A stretch of 64,000 bases of DNA from Tagaea sp. (GCA_965279525.1 CBDIIB010000002.1:128001-192000), one strand, 5' to 3'. Numbered from the stretch's first letter, positions 28,627-40,673 are shown. Made by a program: numbers and translations. The notes: generated from the sequence alone by a model not told the origin.

Positions 28627-29517
28627 ATGAACGAACCGATCGAGGCTGCGCTTTCGGCCAACGCCGCGCGCATCGAAGATGCACTCGACGCACTCCTGCC
28701 CAAGGGCGAAGGCTACGAGGCGAACCTGCACGAAGCGATGCGCTACGCGTGCCTGGGCGGCGGCAAGCGCATGCGCCCGTTCCTGGTGATGGAAACGTCC
28801 GGCCTTTTCGGCGTCGACGAAGCCTGCGCGCTGCGCGTGGCATGCGCGGTCGAACTCGTGCACTGCTATTCGCTGGTCCATGACGACCTGCCGGCGATGG
28901 ACGACGACGACATGCGCCGCGGCCGGCTCACCGTCCACAAGGCCTTCGACGAGGCGACCGCGGTCCTGGCCGGCGACGCGCTCCTGACGCGGGCCTTCGA
29001 GGTGTTGTCCCAGCCGCTGACACACGGTGATGCCGGCGTGCGCTCCGACCTGGTGCTCGCTTTGGCTCTGGCGTCGGGTTCGGAAGGGATGTGCGGCGGT
29101 CAGATGATGGATCTCGCGGCCGAGGGCCAGAAGCTCGATATCGGCGCCATCACGCGTCTCCAGCGCCTGAAAACCGGTGCGCTGATCGGTTTTGCCGCAC
29201 AGGCCGGCGCCATCCTCGGCAAGGCGCCTGTCCACATGCGCCATACGCTGGTCGCCTTCGCGCACGATCTGGGGCTCGCCTTCCAGATCGCCGACGACCT
29301 GATCGATGTCGAGGGAAACGCTTCGGCCGCCGGCAAGGCGACCGGCAAGGACGAGGCGCGCGGCAAGGCGACGTTCGTGTCGATTCTCGGCGTCGAGCGC
29401 GCACGCGGTCAGGCGCAGCTGCTTGCCGACCAGGCCGCGCGCCATCTCGACCTGTTCGATTCCAAGGCAGACAGGCTTCGCGCATTGACGCGCTGGGCCG
29501 TGCGGCGACAGAGCTGA
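28627..29517 (+). CDS. ispA: Farnesyl/geranyl diphosphate synthase
   Basis: [39 protein letters not shown]. Confidence 0.93.
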   Translation: MNEPIEAALSANAARIEDALDALLPKGEGYEANLHEAMRYACLGGGKRMRPFLVMETSGLFGVDEACALRVACAVELVHCYSLVHDDLPAMDDDDMRRGRLTVHKAFDEATAVLAGDALLTRAFEVLSQPLTHGDAGVRSDLVLALALASGSEGMCGGQMMDLAAEGQKLDIGAITRLQRLKTGALIGFAAQAGAILGKAPVHMRHTLVAFAHDLGLAFQIADDLIDVEGNASAAGKATGKDEARGKATFVSILGVERARGQAQLLADQAARHLDLFDSKADRLRALTRWAVRRQS

Positions 29518-29525
29518 TCCGCGCG

Positions 29526-31484
29526 ATGGCGGATCTCGGCCACAATTCGGGCGCCACGCCGCATCTCGACCGGGCGGCGGATCTCGAAGTCCTGCGGCGC
29601 ATGGGACCGGCTGACCTGAAGCGGGTGGCCGACGAGCTGCGACGCGAGACCATCGCGGCCGTATCCGATACGGGCGGGCATCTGGGTGCCGGGCTCGGAG
29701 TCGTCGAACTCACCGTGGCGCTGCACCACGTCTTCCAGACGCCACGCGACCGGCTGATCTGGGATGTCGGGCACCAGGCCTATCCGCACAAGATCCTGAC
29801 CGGACGGCGCGAGCGGATCCGCACGCTGCGCCAAGGCGGCGGCCTGTCGGGCTTCACGCGGCGTAGCGAAAGCGAATTCGACCCGTTCGGGGCGGCACAC
29901 TCGTCTACGTCGATCTCGGCGGCGCTCGGCATGGCGGTGGCGCGCGATCTCGCCGGCGACCGGCGGCACGCCATCGCGGTGATCGGCGACGGCTCGATGT
30001 CGGCCGGCATGGCCTACGAGGCGATGAACAACGCCGGCGCCACGCGCACGCGCTTGATCGTCATCCTCAACGACAACGACATGTCGATCGCCCCGCCGAC
30101 AGGGGCGATGAGCGCCTATCTTTCGCGCCTGATCTCGTCCAAGCCGTATCTGGGTCTGCGCAGCCTAGCGCGCGAAGTGGCGAGCCATCTGCCGCGCCCG
30201 TTCTTCGAAGCTGCCGAACGGGCCGAGGAGTTCGCGCGCGGGATCGTGTCCGGCGGCACGCTGTTCGAGGAGCTGGGCTTCTATTACGTCGGCCCGATCG
30301 ATGGCCACAATCTCGACCATCTGCTGCCCGTCCTGCGCAACGTACGCGACTCGCGCGACGACCGGCCGGTCCTGATCCATGTCGTCACGCAGAAGGGGCG
30401 CGGCCACCCGTTCGGCGCCGAGGCCGCCGACCGCTACCATGCGGTCAACACGTTCGACCTCATGGTCAACCCGTCGGGGGCGTTGCAGGCCAAGCCCCGC
30501 AGCGCCAAGGCCGCCGCACCCAGCTACACCAAGGTCTTCGCCGATGCGCTGATCGCCGAAGCCGAAGCCGATCCGAAGATCGTCGCCGTGACGGCCGCGA
30601 TGCCCACGGGAACGGGCCTCGACGCGTTCGCTAGGCGCTTCCCGAAGCGCTGTTTCGACGTGGGCATTGCCGAGCAGCACGCGGTCACGTTCGCGGCCGG
30701 CATGGCGGCCGAGGGCCTGAAGCCGTTCTGCGCGATCTATTCGACGTTCCTGCAGCGCGGCTACGACCAGGTCGTGCACGACGTGATGCTGCAGAAGCTG
30801 CCGGTGCGCTTCGCGATCGACCGGGCCGGGCTCGTGGGCGCCGACGGCGCAACGCATGCCGGTGCCTACGATCTGGCTTTTCTCGGCTGCCTGCCCGACA
30901 TGGTGATCATGGCGGCGGCAGACGAGGCGGAACTTGCCCACATGGTCGCGACGGCCGCCGCCCATGATTCCGGCCCGTCGGCCTTCCGTTATCCGCGCGG
31001 CGAAGGCGTGGGTGTGGCGCTGCCCGCACGCGGCACGCCGCTCGAAATCGGCAAGGGCCGGATCGTGCGCGAAGGCACGGCCGTGGCACTGGTCAGTCTC
31101 GGCACGCGCCTTGCGGAATGCCGAAAGGCGGCCGACGAGCTGGCGCTGCGTGGCCTTTCGACGACGATCGCCGACATGCGCTTCCTGAAGCCACTCGACG
31201 CCGATCTGCTGCTCCGGCTGGCGCGCGAACACGAAGTGCTGGTCACGGTCGAGGAAGGCTCGATCGGCGGGTTCGGCTCGCACGTGCTGCATGTGCTGGC
31301 ACATTCGGGCCTTCTCGATCGCGGGCTCAAGATCCGCCCGCTGGTGCTGCCCGACCGGCCGATCGAACACGATACGCAGACGCGCCAGTACGCCGACGCA
31401 GGCCTCGATGCCGCCGCGATCGTCGCTGCGGCGCTCGGCGCGCTGGGCCGTGCGGACGAAGCCAGCCGGCCGGCTTCCGCTTGA
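29526..31484 (+). CDS. dxs: 1-deoxy-D-xylulose-5-phosphate synthase
   Basis: [25 protein letters not shown]...NDN, IAEQHAV, YSTFLQR, DGATH. Confidence 0.96.
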   Translation: MADLGHNSGATPHLDRAADLEVLRRMGPADLKRVADELRRETIAAVSDTGGHLGAGLGVVELTVALHHVFQTPRDRLIWDVGHQAYPHKILTGRRERIRTLRQGGGLSGFTRRSESEFDPFGAAHSSTSISAALGMAVARDLAGDRRHAIAVIGDGSMSAGMAYEAMNNAGATRTRLIVILNDNDMSIAPPTGAMSAYLSRLISSKPYLGLRSLAREVASHLPRPFFEAAERAEEFARGIVSGGTLFEELGFYYVGPIDGHNLDHLLPVLRNVRDSRDDRPVLIHVVTQKGRGHPFGAEAADRYHAVNTFDLMVNPSGALQAKPRSAKAAAPSYTKVFADALIAEAEADPKIVAVTAAMPTGTGLDAFARRFPKRCFDVGIAEQHAVTFAAGMAAEGLKPFCAIYSTFLQRGYDQVVHDVMLQKLPVRFAIDRAGLVGADGATHAGAYDLAFLGCLPDMVIMAAADEAELAHMVATAAAHDSGPSAFRYPRGEGVGVALPARGTPLEIGKGRIVREGTAVALVSLGTRLAECRKAADELALRGLSTTIADMRFLKPLDADLLLRLAREHEVLVTVEEGSIGGFGSHVLHVLAHSGLLDRGLKIRPLVLPDRPIEHDTQTRQYADAGLDAAAIVAAALGALGRADEASRPASA

Positions 31485-32215
31485 GCCGCAAGCGGCTCGA
31501 CCAGCTGCTCGTCGAACGCGGTCTTGCCGAAAGCCGGGCCAAGGCACAGGCCCTCGTCATCGCCGGGCTCGTCTATGCGGGCGAGAAGCGTCTCGACAAG
31601 CCGGGCACGGCCATTCCGGAGGAAACGCCGATCGAGGTGCGCGGCCAGCCGCATCCGTGGGTGAGCCGCGGCGGCGTCAAGCTCGCGCACGGTCTCGACC
31701 GCTTCGGGCTTGACCCTGCCAGTGCCGTCGCCATCGACGTGGGATCCTCGACCGGCGGCTTCACCGACGTCCTGCTGTCGCGCGGTGCGGCGAAGGTCTA
31801 TTCGGTCGATGTCGGGCACGGCCAGCTGGCGTGGAAGCTGCGCAACGATCCGCGCGTCGTCGTGCTCGAACGCACCAACGCGCGCCACCTGACGGCGACG
31901 GAGATCCCCGAGCCGGCCGACATGGTGGTGTGCGACGCAAGCTTCATCGGCCTCGAGACCGTGCTGCCGGCCGCACTCGGGCTGGCGAAACCGGGGGCGG
32001 CACTGGTGGCGCTGATCAAGCCGCAGTTCGAGGTGGGGCCGGCGCGGGTGGGCAAGGGTGGCGTGGTGCGCGATCCGGCCCTGCACGACGAGGTATGCGC
32101 GCGGATCGCGCAATGGCTGCCGACGCAGGGATGGACCGTGCTGGGGATCGATCCGAGCCCGCTCCTCGGGCCCGAGGGCAACCGCGAGTTCCTCGTCGCC
32201 GCCCGGAAGCTCTAG
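31481..32215 (+). CDS. tlyA: TlyA family rRNA methyltransferase
   Basis: RKRLDQLL S4 domain, [29 protein letters not shown]; TTG start overlapping the dxs stop. Confidence 0.92.
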   Translation: MSRKRLDQLLVERGLAESRAKAQALVIAGLVYAGEKRLDKPGTAIPEETPIEVRGQPHPWVSRGGVKLAHGLDRFGLDPASAVAIDVGSSTGGFTDVLLSRGAAKVYSVDVGHGQLAWKLRNDPRVVVLERTNARHLTATEIPEPADMVVCDASFIGLETVLPAALGLAKPGAALVALIKPQFEVGPARVGKGGVVRDPALHDEVCARIAQWLPTQGWTVLGIDPSPLLGPEGNREFLVAARKL

Positions 32216-33462
32216 GCGAGCACGCCGACGAGTGCGCCCATGATGCAGGTCGCAAGCGTGCCCGCGACCAGCGATTTGAGGCCGAGCGCCACGATCTCGC
32301 CGCGCCGTTCCGGCGCCATCGTCGAAAGCCCGCCGATCATGATGCCGAGCGAGCCGAAATTGGCGAAGCCGCACATCGCGTAGAGCATGATCAGGCGCGA
32401 GCGTTCCGAAAGCGCCCCCTGGGGCAAGCCGGCAAGCTGGATATAGCCGATGAACTCGTTGAGCACGGTCTTGGCGCCCATCAAGGCGCCCGCCGTCGGC
32501 GCTTCGTCCCACGGGATGCCCATCAGCCAGCAGACCGGCGCCATGATCCAGCCGAGCGTGCGCTCGAGGGTCAGGGGTGCGCCGAACACCGTCGGCAGCA
32601 GGCCAAGGGCCGAATTTGCGAGTGCCACGAGGGCGATCAGCACGATCAGCAGCGCCACGATGTTGAAAAGCAGTTCGAGGCCCGAGACCGTGCCCTTGAC
32701 GATCGCGTCCATCGTGCTTTGCGCGACCGGCTCGAGCGGACCGAGTTCGCCCTGCGTGCGGGCATCGGCCGCGTCGGGCACCATGATGCGGCCGACGAGG
32801 ATCGTGACCGGGGCCGACAGCAGCGAGGCGATCAGGATGTGGCCGAACGCGTCAGGCACCGCGCGGGCGACGACGCTGGCGTAGAGCACCATCATCGTGC
32901 CGGCGATCGAGGCCATGCCGCCGACCATGACGATGAAGAGTTCGCCGCGCGTGAGCCGCATCAGATAGGGCCGTATGAAGAGCGGTGCCTCGACCATGCC
33001 GACGAAAACGTTGGCAGCCGTCGAAAGTCCGACGGCACCGCCGACGCCCATCGTGCGCGCGAGGACCGCCGAAATGACGCGCACGACTGCGGGCAGGATG
33101 CCCCAGTGGAACAGCAGCGTGGTGAGGGCGCTCATCACCAGCACCAGCGGAAGCGCCTGGAGCGCCAGTACGAAGGCGCCGCCGGGGCTGCGCTCCTCGA
33201 AGGGCAGGGCGCCGCCGCCCAGATAGCCGAACACGAAGGACGTGCCCGCGCGCGTGGCGTCGGCGATCGCCTGGACGGGCAAGTTGAGCAGGCCGAACGC
33301 CTCGGCGACATAGGGGACCTTGAGGAAGAGCACCGCACAGCCGAAGCTTGCGGCGAGTCCCGCGAGCGTCTGGCGCCATGAAACGAGGCGCCGGTTTTCC
33401 GACAGGATCCATGCGATCGCCAGCAGGCCGAAGAGTCCGGCGAGAGCCTGCAGGCGATCCAT
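32212..33462 (-). CDS. NupC/CNT family nucleoside transporter
   Basis: GTSFVFGYLG, ANVFVGMVEAP, KTVLNEFIGY, CGFANFGS. Confidence 0.92.
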   Translation of the reverse strand: MDRLQALAGLFGLLAIAWILSENRRLVSWRQTLAGLAASFGCAVLFLKVPYVAEAFGLLNLPVQAIADATRAGTSFVFGYLGGGALPFEERSPGGAFVLALQALPLVLVMSALTTLLFHWGILPAVVRVISAVLARTMGVGGAVGLSTAANVFVGMVEAPLFIRPYLMRLTRGELFIVMVGGMASIAGTMMVLYASVVARAVPDAFGHILIASLLSAPVTILVGRIMVPDAADARTQGELGPLEPVAQSTMDAIVKGTVSGLELLFNIVALLIVLIALVALANSALGLLPTVFGAPLTLERTLGWIMAPVCWLMGIPWDEAPTAGALMGAKTVLNEFIGYIQLAGLPQGALSERSRLIMLYAMCGFANFGSLGIMIGGLSTMAPERRGEIVALGLKSLVAGTLATCIMGALVGVLA

Positions 33463-34041
33463 TCAGGACGCTTTCGGCCAGTGCCGGCGCAAGGCGGCGA
33501 AGATCGTCTTCGTATCCGTGTCGAGGACCGAGCCGATGATGCTGAAGGCTGGGCGTTGTCCGGCGCGCCGGACGATCGGATCGCCCAGCCAGCGCGCACC
33601 AAGCTTCATCCGCGCGTAAATCTCGATGTCGACGACGATGTCGACGCGCCCGCCACCCAGCGACCGCAGGCCCGTCGTCGTCGCGATCTCCACGATCCGG
33701 TCCCACGGAACTGTTTCGTCGATCACGCCGGGTATCGTCAGGCCGGCGCGTTCGACGACCAGCTTCGGGCTGTCGTCGCGGAACTGCTGGCCTGCCTGCA
33801 CGCCATAGATGGCGACGAGCAGCAGCAGGAAAAGCGGTCCGAGAAGGTCCTCGCCCGCCTGCCACGCCGTCCAGGTCGAGGCGACGGCAAGGCCGAAGCC
33901 GAGCGAGCCGAAAAGCAGGTTGAGGCCGGCCATCCGCCGGCTCCGGCGCACGATCAGGAGGGGCAGGTCGGCATTCCCGAGGGCCGCACCGGCGAGTGCG
34001 GCGGCATCGCGCGGATCGACCGGGGGACGTGTACCGACCAC
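33463..34041 (-). CDS. Hypothetical membrane protein (2 TM + small soluble domain)
   Basis: Two hydrophobic helices, then PKLVVERAGL...VPWDRI; lies between aroC and the CNT gene on the same strand; start uncertain (34041 GTG or 33933 ATG). Confidence 0.55.
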   Translation of the reverse strand: MVGTRPPVDPRDAAALAGAALGNADLPLLIVRRSRRMAGLNLLFGSLGFGLAVASTWTAWQAGEDLLGPLFLLLLVAIYGVQAGQQFRDDSPKLVVERAGLTIPGVIDETVPWDRIVEIATTTGLRSLGGGRVDIVVDIEIYARMKLGARWLGDPIVRRAGQRPAFSIIGSVLDTDTKTIFAALRRHWPKAS

Positions 34042-34049
34042 CGCCGGCG

Positions 34050-35120
34050 TCAGCCGCACTGCGCGCGGTGGCGCAGCATGTGGTCGGCCAGCACGCAGGC
34101 CATCATCGCCTCGCCGACGGGGACGGCCCGCAGGCCCACGCAGGGGTCGTGACGGCCTTTCGTCACGATCTCGGTATCGGCGCCTTCGATGTCGATCGTG
34201 CGGCGGGCCGAAAGGATCGAGCTGGTCGGCTTGACCGCGAAACGCACGACGACGGGCTGGCCCGAGGAAATCCCGCCGAGGATGCCGCCGGCATGGTTCG
34301 ACAGGAAAATCGGGCCGTCGTTGCCGCTGCGCATCTCGTCGGCATTCTCTTCGCCGGTCAGTTCGGCGGCAGCGAATCCGTCGCCGATTTCCACGCCCTT
34401 GACCGCGTTGATGCCCATCATCGCCGCGGCAAGATCGGAATCGAGCTTGCCGTAGACCGGTGCGCCCCAGCCCGCAGGCACGCCTTCGGCGACGATCTCG
34501 ACGACCGCTCCGATCGACGAGCCGGACTTGCGCGTGGCATCGAGCAGGACTTCCCATTCGCCGGCCGCGACCGGGTCGGGACACCAGAACGGGTTCTGCG
34601 GAACTTGAGCCCAGTCCCAGCGCTGGCGGTCGATCTTCCGCGCGCCGATCTGCACGACGGCACCGCGGATGTTGACGCCGGCACCCAGGATCTTGCGCGC
34701 GATGGCACCGGCCGCCACGCGGCTCGCCGTCTCGCGCGCCGACGAGCGCCCGCCGCCGCGATAGTCGCGGATGCCGTACTTGGCCCAATACGTGTAGTCC
34801 GCATGCCCGGGGCGGAAGGTCCGCGCGATCTCCGAATAGTCCTTCGAGCGCTGGTCCTCGTTGCGGATCATCAGCGAGACCGGCGTGCCGGTCGTCATGC
34901 CTTCGAAGGTTCCGGAAAGGATCTCGACACGGTCGGGTTCGCGGCGCTGGGTCACGAAACGCGACTGGCCGGGCTTGCGCTTGTCGAGATGCGTCTGGAT
35001 GTCGGCTTCGGCGAGGGGCAGGCGCGGCGGCACGCCGTCGACCACCACGCCGATGGCGGGTCCGTGGCTCTCCCCCCAGGTCGTGAAGCGGAAGAGCGAA
35101 CCGAAGGCGTTCGCGCTCAT
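34050..35120 (-). CDS. aroC: Chorismate synthase
   Basis: [45 protein letters not shown]. Confidence 0.97.
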   Translation of the reverse strand: MSANAFGSLFRFTTWGESHGPAIGVVVDGVPPRLPLAEADIQTHLDKRKPGQSRFVTQRREPDRVEILSGTFEGMTTGTPVSLMIRNEDQRSKDYSEIARTFRPGHADYTYWAKYGIRDYRGGGRSSARETASRVAAGAIARKILGAGVNIRGAVVQIGARKIDRQRWDWAQVPQNPFWCPDPVAAGEWEVLLDATRKSGSSIGAVVEIVAEGVPAGWGAPVYGKLDSDLAAAMMGINAVKGVEIGDGFAAAELTGEENADEMRSGNDGPIFLSNHAGGILGGISSGQPVVVRFAVKPTSSILSARRTIDIEGADTEIVTKGRHDPCVGLRAVPVGEAMMACVLADHMLRHRAQCG

Positions 35121-35959
35121 CCGCCCTTGTTCTTGAAGCCGGCGAGCAGTTCGGCGATCTCGCCGGCCGACTCGGTCGCCATCATGCCGACCACGTGATA
35201 GCCGTTGTCGACATGCAGCGTCTCGCCGGTCACGCCGGCACCGAGATCCGACAGCAGATAAAGGCCTGAATTGCCGACCTCGTCGATCGTGACGGTGCGG
35301 CGCATCGGCGCGTTGAGTTCGTTCCATTTGAGGATGTAGCGGAAATCGCCGATGCCGGAGGCCGCCAGCGTCTTGATCGGGCCGGCGGAGATCGCGTTCA
35401 CCCGCACGTTCTTGGGGCCGAGATCGGCCGCGAGATAGCGCACCGACGCCTCGAGTGCCGCCTTGGCGATACCCATGACATTGTAATGTGGCGTCACGCG
35501 CTCGGCGCCGATGTAAGTGAGGGTCAGCAGCGAACCACCGTTCGACATCAACGGCAGGGCGCGCCGGCACACGTCGGTGAACGAGAAACACGAGATGTCC
35601 ATCGTGTTGAGGAAGTTCTCGCGCGTCGTGTCGACATAGTGACCCTTGAGCTGGTCCTTGTCGGAATAGGCGATCGCATGCACGACGAAATCGAGCGTGC
35701 CCCAGTCCTTCTTGATCTCGGCGAAGGCCGCGTCGAGCGAGGCGGCGTTCGTGACGTCGGCGGAGACGACCTTGGAAGCGCCGAGCTGCTCGGCCAACGG
35801 GCGCACCCTCTTTTCGAGCGCTTCGCCCTGATAGGTGAAAGCCAGTTCGGCACCCTGCGCGGCGACCGCCTTCGCGATGCCCCAGGCGATCGAGCGGTCG
35901 TTGGCGACGCCCATCACCAGTCCGCGTTTGCCGGCCATCAGACCATGCGATTGATTCAT
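35117..35959 (-). CDS. fabI: Enoyl-ACP reductase
   Basis: [39 protein letters not shown]. Confidence 0.96.
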   Translation of the reverse strand: MNQSHGLMAGKRGLVMGVANDRSIAWGIAKAVAAQGAELAFTYQGEALEKRVRPLAEQLGASKVVSADVTNAASLDAAFAEIKKDWGTLDFVVHAIAYSDKDQLKGHYVDTTRENFLNTMDISCFSFTDVCRRALPLMSNGGSLLTLTYIGAERVTPHYNVMGIAKAALEASVRYLAADLGPKNVRVNAISAGPIKTLAASGIGDFRYILKWNELNAPMRRTVTIDEVGNSGLYLLSDLGAGVTGETLHVDNGYHVVGMMATESAGEIAELLAGFKNKGG

Positions 35960-36031
35960 CTTGGGAAAGTCCGTGTGTGCGTTCGCGAAATCGCGGGCAT
36001 CCTACACGAACCGTCCGGCCTTTCAACGACG

Positions 36032-36068
36032 AAGCCCCGCCCCCCGGCGGTGGCAGGGGGCGGGGCTT
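36032..36068 (-). terminator. GC-rich hairpin, probable terminator after the lipoprotein gene
   Basis: AAGCCCCGCCCCC / GGGGGCGGGGCTT 13-bp inverted repeat; U-tract is short. Confidence 0.6.
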
Positions 36069-36094
36069 GCGACCGAAAACCCGTGTCAGGTGGC

Positions 36095-36562
36095 CTAATT
36101 GACGATTTTCCAGCTTCCGTCGGCCTGACGGCAGGCGGTCCCGTAGGCTTCCTCGGTCTTGCCGCCAACATTTACGGTCGAGCGATACTCCCGGCATGTG
36201 CTGCCGGACTGGTCGCGCCCCTCGCGGGTCGGCGTCACGGCGCCGGAATTGCCCGAGTCGGGGTTGCTCCAGGTGATCTGCTGTCCGATAGGGGCGGTCT
36301 CGGCGCGCTGTGTGGCGCGCTGGACCTGCGTCTGATCGGCTTTGTCGAGCGACTTGCCGACCTCGCGCCCGAGGAAGGCGCCAGCCAGCGTTCCGACCGC
36401 CGTGCCAACAAGCTGCCCGCTGCCGCCGCCAAACTGCGAGCCGATCACGGCGCCGCCGATGCCACCAAGCACGGTTCCGACCGTTTCCTTGCCGCCGCCA
36501 TCCTGGCAGGCGGCCAGCGCAAGCGCCAAGGCGCCGACGGACAAAATCTTGAGAGCGCGCAT
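36095..36562 (-). CDS. 17-kDa surface antigen-like lipoprotein (glycine zipper 2TM)
   Basis: Lipobox LAAC, glycine-zipper helices, [25 protein letters not shown]. Confidence 0.9.
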   Translation of the reverse strand: MRALKILSVGALALALAACQDGGGKETVGTVLGGIGGAVIGSQFGGGSGQLVGTAVGTLAGAFLGREVGKSLDKADQTQVQRATQRAETAPIGQQITWSNPDSGNSGAVTPTREGRDQSGSTCREYRSTVNVGGKTEEAYGTACRQADGSWKIVN

Positions 36563-36692
36563 CTTTTGAACTCCCTGCAAGCGATTCGCACGGTGCGGGC
36601 GAAAATCCGTCCGCCCGAGCACAACGTATGGCCGGCCGGCCTATTCCAATCCGCACTTGGACCGGACCTGCCCGCGGGTCTATCTAGGACAC

Positions 36693-37307
36693 ATGAACGA
36701 TGTCGCCAAGCCCGTGCCTGAACTCGATCCGGCGGTCGACCCTTTTGCCCGGTTCGGCGAGTGGCTGGCCGATGCCGGAAAGAGCGAACCCAACGATCCC
36801 AATGCGGTTGCACTGGCAAGCGTGGGCGCCGACGGCATGCCGTCGCTGCGCATGGTGCTTCTGAAGGGCTACGATCCGCGCGGCTTCGTCTTCTATACGA
36901 ACTTCGACAGCCGCAAGGGAACCGAACTGCGGGCACATCCCAAGGCTGCCCTGCTGTTCCACTGGAAGACCCTGCGCCGCCAGGTCCGGATCCAGGGACC
37001 TGTCGAGACGGTGAGCGATGCCGAAGCGGACGAGTATTTCGCCACGCGACCGCGTGGCAGCCAGATCGGCGCGTGGGCATCGATCCAGTCGCGTCCGCTA
37101 GCCGGTCGGTTCGAGCTTGAAAAACGGGTTGCCGAGTACGCAATCCGGTATGCGATCGGCGACGTGCCCCGGCCGCCGCACTGGTCCGGCTTTCGCATCG
37201 TGCCGCAGCACATCGAGTTCTGGCACGACCGGCCGTTCCGCCTCCACGAACGCATCGTCTACGAGCGGGCGGGGGCGGGCTGGTCGACAGCGCGCCTCTT
37301 CCCCTGA
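36693..37307 (+). CDS. pdxH: Pyridoxamine 5'-phosphate oxidase
   Basis: [43 protein letters not shown]. Confidence 0.96.
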   Translation: MNDVAKPVPELDPAVDPFARFGEWLADAGKSEPNDPNAVALASVGADGMPSLRMVLLKGYDPRGFVFYTNFDSRKGTELRAHPKAALLFHWKTLRRQVRIQGPVETVSDAEADEYFATRPRGSQIGAWASIQSRPLAGRFELEKRVAEYAIRYAIGDVPRPPHWSGFRIVPQHIEFWHDRPFRLHERIVYERAGAGWSTARLFP

Positions 37308-37317
37308 GGCGCTGACG

Positions 37318-38241
37318 ATGGCGAACGCGGAAATCCGGGTGGATGCCGAGACGCGTGCCACCCTCATGCGGCGGGCGACCTATGCGTCGGTCGTCGTGGC
37401 GACGGTCCTGATCGTCGCGAAGGCCATCGCATGGGTGCTGACGGATTCGGTCTCGGTACTGTCGAGCCTGCTCGATTCGCTGCTCGATGTCGCCGCCTCG
37501 CTCGTCAATCTCGTCGCGGTGCGCCATGCCCTCACGCCCGCCGACGAGGAGCACCGTTTCGGGCACGGCAAGGCCGAGGCCGTCGCCGGCCTCGTCCAGT
37601 CGGCCTTCATCGCGGGCTCAGCACTCCTGCTGTTCTCCGAAGCCGTCCATCGTCTGTGGATGCCGGTTCCAGTCGAGAACGGGGCGATCGGCATCGGCGT
37701 CATGGCGCTGTCGATGGCGCTGACCTTCATTCTGGTGCAGTACCAGAAACACGTCGTTCGCCGCACGGGCTCGGTCGCGGTCGGCGCCGACCGGCTCCAC
37801 TACATGTCCGATTTCATGCTGAATGGCGGCGTGGCGCTGTCGCTGGTCGCGTCGATCTGGCTCGACGCGCGGATCGTCGACCCGGTCTGCGGCCTCGCCA
37901 TCGGCGCCTGGATCCTGCACGGCGCCTGGAAAATCGGATGTTCCTCGCTCGACCACCTGATGGACCGGGAACTGCCGGACGATACGCGGGCCCGCATCGT
38001 GGCGATCGCGCGCGCCCACCCCGACATCAAGGACGTGCACGACCTGCGCACGCGCGCCAACGGGTCGAGCATCCATGTCCAGCTTCATCTCGAGATGGAC
38101 GGGGCGCTGACGCTCCTTCGCGCGCACGCTGCTGCCGACTCGGTCGAAGCGGCAATCGAAGCGGCGTTCCCCGGCGCCGACGTCATGGCGCATATGGACC
38201 CCGACGGCATCGTCGAGCATGCGCGCGTACCCGCCGCGTGA
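37318..38241 (+). CDS. fieF: Cation diffusion facilitator, FieF/YiiP-like
   Basis: DSLLD, PADEEHRFGHGKAE, HYMSD, HDLRTR, HMDP. Confidence 0.85.
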   Translation: MANAEIRVDAETRATLMRRATYASVVVATVLIVAKAIAWVLTDSVSVLSSLLDSLLDVAASLVNLVAVRHALTPADEEHRFGHGKAEAVAGLVQSAFIAGSALLLFSEAVHRLWMPVPVENGAIGIGVMALSMALTFILVQYQKHVVRRTGSVAVGADRLHYMSDFMLNGGVALSLVASIWLDARIVDPVCGLAIGAWILHGAWKIGCSSLDHLMDRELPDDTRARIVAIARAHPDIKDVHDLRTRANGSSIHVQLHLEMDGALTLLRAHAAADSVEAAIEAAFPGADVMAHMDPDGIVEHARVPAA

Positions 38242-39734
38242 TGCCGGAAGACCAGGCCGAAACGCTCGCGTTCCTGTCGGATCCGGCGACCTACGGCAAT
38301 CCGCCCGGCGGCGTGCGTCGGATCGACACGCATATCTCCGCCGTGTTCCTTGCCGGCGACCTGGCCTACAAGCTCAAGCGGGCCGTCGCCTTTCCCTATC
38401 TCGATTTTTCGACTGCCGCACGCCGGCGGGCCGCGTGCGAGGCCGAACTCGCGGTCAACCGGCGGACGGCACCCGACCTCTACCTTGAAACGCGACCGAT
38501 CGTGCGTCGGAAATCAGGGTTGGCGTTCGGTGACCCGGACGAGCCCGAGATCGACCGCGTCGTCGTCATGCGCCGCTTTCCCGACGACGGCCTGTGGGAC
38601 GCGCGCGCTGCCGCCGGCAGGATCGGGCCGGCGGACGTGCGCGAACTTGCCGACGCGATCGCGACCTTCCACGAGGCCGCCGAGCGCACGCCCGGACGCG
38701 GAGGCGTCGCCGATCTTGCCTGGACGGCGGCCGGCAATCACGCCGATCTGTCCGGGCTGTTTCCGGCGGCGGCGGTCGAAGCGCTCGACCGCGACACGCG
38801 CGCCGCGATCGCGCACGGCGCATCGCTCGTCCAGCACCGCGCGGCAGAAGGTGCGGTTCGCCGCTGCCATGGCGACCTGCATCTGCGGAACATTGCGACC
38901 GTCGGCGGCCGGCCGGTCCCGTTCGACGCGATCGAGTTCGACGACCGTATCTCCTGCATCGACACGCTCTTCGATCTTGCGTTCCTGATCGTCGACTGGC
39001 TGCGCGTCGGCCGCGCGGATTTCGCGTGCCAGACGCTGTCGCGGTATCTCGGCCGACGTCCCGACGAAGCGGGGCTGGCGCTCCTCCCGCTGTTCTTGAG
39101 CCTTCGGGCCGCGATCAAGGCCAAGACGCGCGCGGCTGCCGGAGCCGATGCCGAAGCGGCGGCCTGCTTCGCGATGGCCGACCGCTTCCTGCACCCGCCG
39201 GCACCGCGATTGGTTGCCGTCGGCGGACTTTCCGGCACCGGCAAGTCTGCTCTGGCGCAGGCACTTGCGCCCGCGATCGGGGCGTCCCCGGGTGCCGTCG
39301 TGTTGCGTTCGGATGTCGAGCGCAAGCGGCTCGCCGGGTTGCCGCCCGAAGCGCGGCTGCCGCGTTCGGCCTATACGAAGGCGGCCAGCCGGGACGTCTA
39401 TGCGAGCCTGCACGCGCGCGCCGGTGCCGCACTCGTCGCCGGCCATAGTGTGCTTCTTGACGCCGTCTATGCCGATGCCGAAGAGCGCGCCGATGCCGAG
39501 CGTGCGGCCGTCGCCGCGGGGGCGCCGTTCGACGGTATCTGGCTCGACTGCCCGGAAGAAGTGCGGCTCGCACGGGTTTCGCGGCGAATCGGCGATGCAT
39601 CCGACGCGGACGGCGATATTGTCCGCGAGCAGAGTTCGCGGTCGCGCGATGCGGCCGATTGGCACCGGATCGACGCAAGCCGCATGCCCGACGATACGTC
39701 AGATGCGGCGCGCGCATGGCTTTTGCGCCGTTGA
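38241..39734 (+). CDS. Aminoglycoside-phosphotransferase-like domain fused to a P-loop kinase (Rv2004c-like)
   Basis: DTHIS, YKLKR, CEAELAVNRR, CHGDLHLRNI, DAIEF; GGLSGTGKS, LRSDVERK, SDAD. Confidence 0.87.
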   Translation: MPEDQAETLAFLSDPATYGNPPGGVRRIDTHISAVFLAGDLAYKLKRAVAFPYLDFSTAARRRAACEAELAVNRRTAPDLYLETRPIVRRKSGLAFGDPDEPEIDRVVVMRRFPDDGLWDARAAAGRIGPADVRELADAIATFHEAAERTPGRGGVADLAWTAAGNHADLSGLFPAAAVEALDRDTRAAIAHGASLVQHRAAEGAVRRCHGDLHLRNIATVGGRPVPFDAIEFDDRISCIDTLFDLAFLIVDWLRVGRADFACQTLSRYLGRRPDEAGLALLPLFLSLRAAIKAKTRAAAGADAEAAACFAMADRFLHPPAPRLVAVGGLSGTGKSALAQALAPAIGASPGAVVLRSDVERKRLAGLPPEARLPRSAYTKAASRDVYASLHARAGAALVAGHSVLLDAVYADAEERADAERAAVAAGAPFDGIWLDCPEEVRLARVSRRIGDASDADGDIVREQSSRSRDAADWHRIDASRMPDDTSDAARAWLLRR

Positions 39735-39772
39735 CCCAAGTCAAAGACCGGCTTCGGCAATAGGCATAGAGT
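39731..39772 (+). promoter_or_regulatory. FNR/FixK-type class II promoter
   Basis: TTGAcccaagTCAA at 39731-39744 and a -10-like TAGAGT at 39767-39772, which puts the box at about -41.5. Confidence 0.75.
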
Positions 39773-39845
39773 TTTTTCAGAAGTCGAATATCGTGGATGC
39801 GTGCAGCGGCAATTCCAGGCCGCGAGGAATCGAACGGAGGTCGCG

Positions 39846-40673
39846 ATGAGCTACAAGGTCATGCTTGCCCCGCTGGCGGGCGCTCCCTCGGATCTGCGCA
39901 CGCTTGCCGCCGCGACCGCCGTGGTGCGGAAGTTCGGCGGGCATGTCGAGGCGCTGCATGCGGCGGGCGATCCACGCGATTCGATCCCGTTCGTCGGGGA
40001 GGGTGCTTCCGGCGCGCTGGTCGAGCAGATCGTCACCGCAGCCGAAAAGGATCTGAAGCGGCGCAGCGAGACGGCACGCAGCCACTATCAGGAATAGGCG
40101 AAGTCCGCCGGTGTCGACAGCTCGCTCGTCGAGCCGGTCGGTTCGGAAGAGGATGCGATCGCCCGGCATGGCCGTTTCGCCGACCTCATCGTTCTGCCGC
40201 GTCCCGCCGACGAGGAGGCGATCGCCTCGACAGTGGCGTTCGAGACGGCACTGCTCGAGACCGGCCGCCCCGTGCTGATCGCCCCGCCCGCGGGCGAAAT
40301 CGATTTCAACAAGCCCGTCGCGTTTGCCTGGAACGGCAGCCGCGAGGCGGCCCGGGCGCTGGCCGCCGGCCTGCCTTTCCTGAAGGGTGCGCCGCGCGTC
40401 GTGTGCATCGTCGCCGGCAAGAACGTGGCCGAGAACGACACGAAGCCGCTCGAATCCTACATGGCGCGCCACGCCATCAAGATCGATCTCGCGCGGGCCG
40501 ACGTGCCGACGATCCAGGCCGGCCCGCATGTGCTCGCCGAAGCGCGTCGCGTGGGCTGCGGGCTGCTGGTCATGGGCGCCTACACGCACAGCCGGCTGCG
40601 CCAGCTCGTATTCGGCGGCGTGACCCGCTACATGCTGCAAAATGCCGATTTGCCGGTGCTGATGGCCCATTAG
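39846..40673 (+). pseudogene. Tandem-domain universal stress protein gene interrupted by an in-frame TAG (40095-40097)
   Basis: MSYKVMLAPL...YQE*AKSAG...GRFADLIVL...TGRPVLIAP...AWNGSREAARAL...LLVMGAYTHSRLRQLVFGGVT...PVLMAH, all in one frame. Confidence 0.8.

Noticed and set aside
31481-32215. TlyA as a hemolysin/virulence factor
   Set aside because: Standard dxs-linked rRNA methyltransferase context
34050-36656. 868-aa ORF suggesting a long AroC fusion
   Set aside because: Only 34050-35120 is AroC; the upstream part is an alternate frame over fabI and the lipoprotein gene
40095-40097. Pyrrolysine or genetic-code reassignment at the USP amber codon
   Set aside because: No pyl genes in the window, and TAG terminates several ordinary genes here (sthA, tlyA, the HDAC gene)
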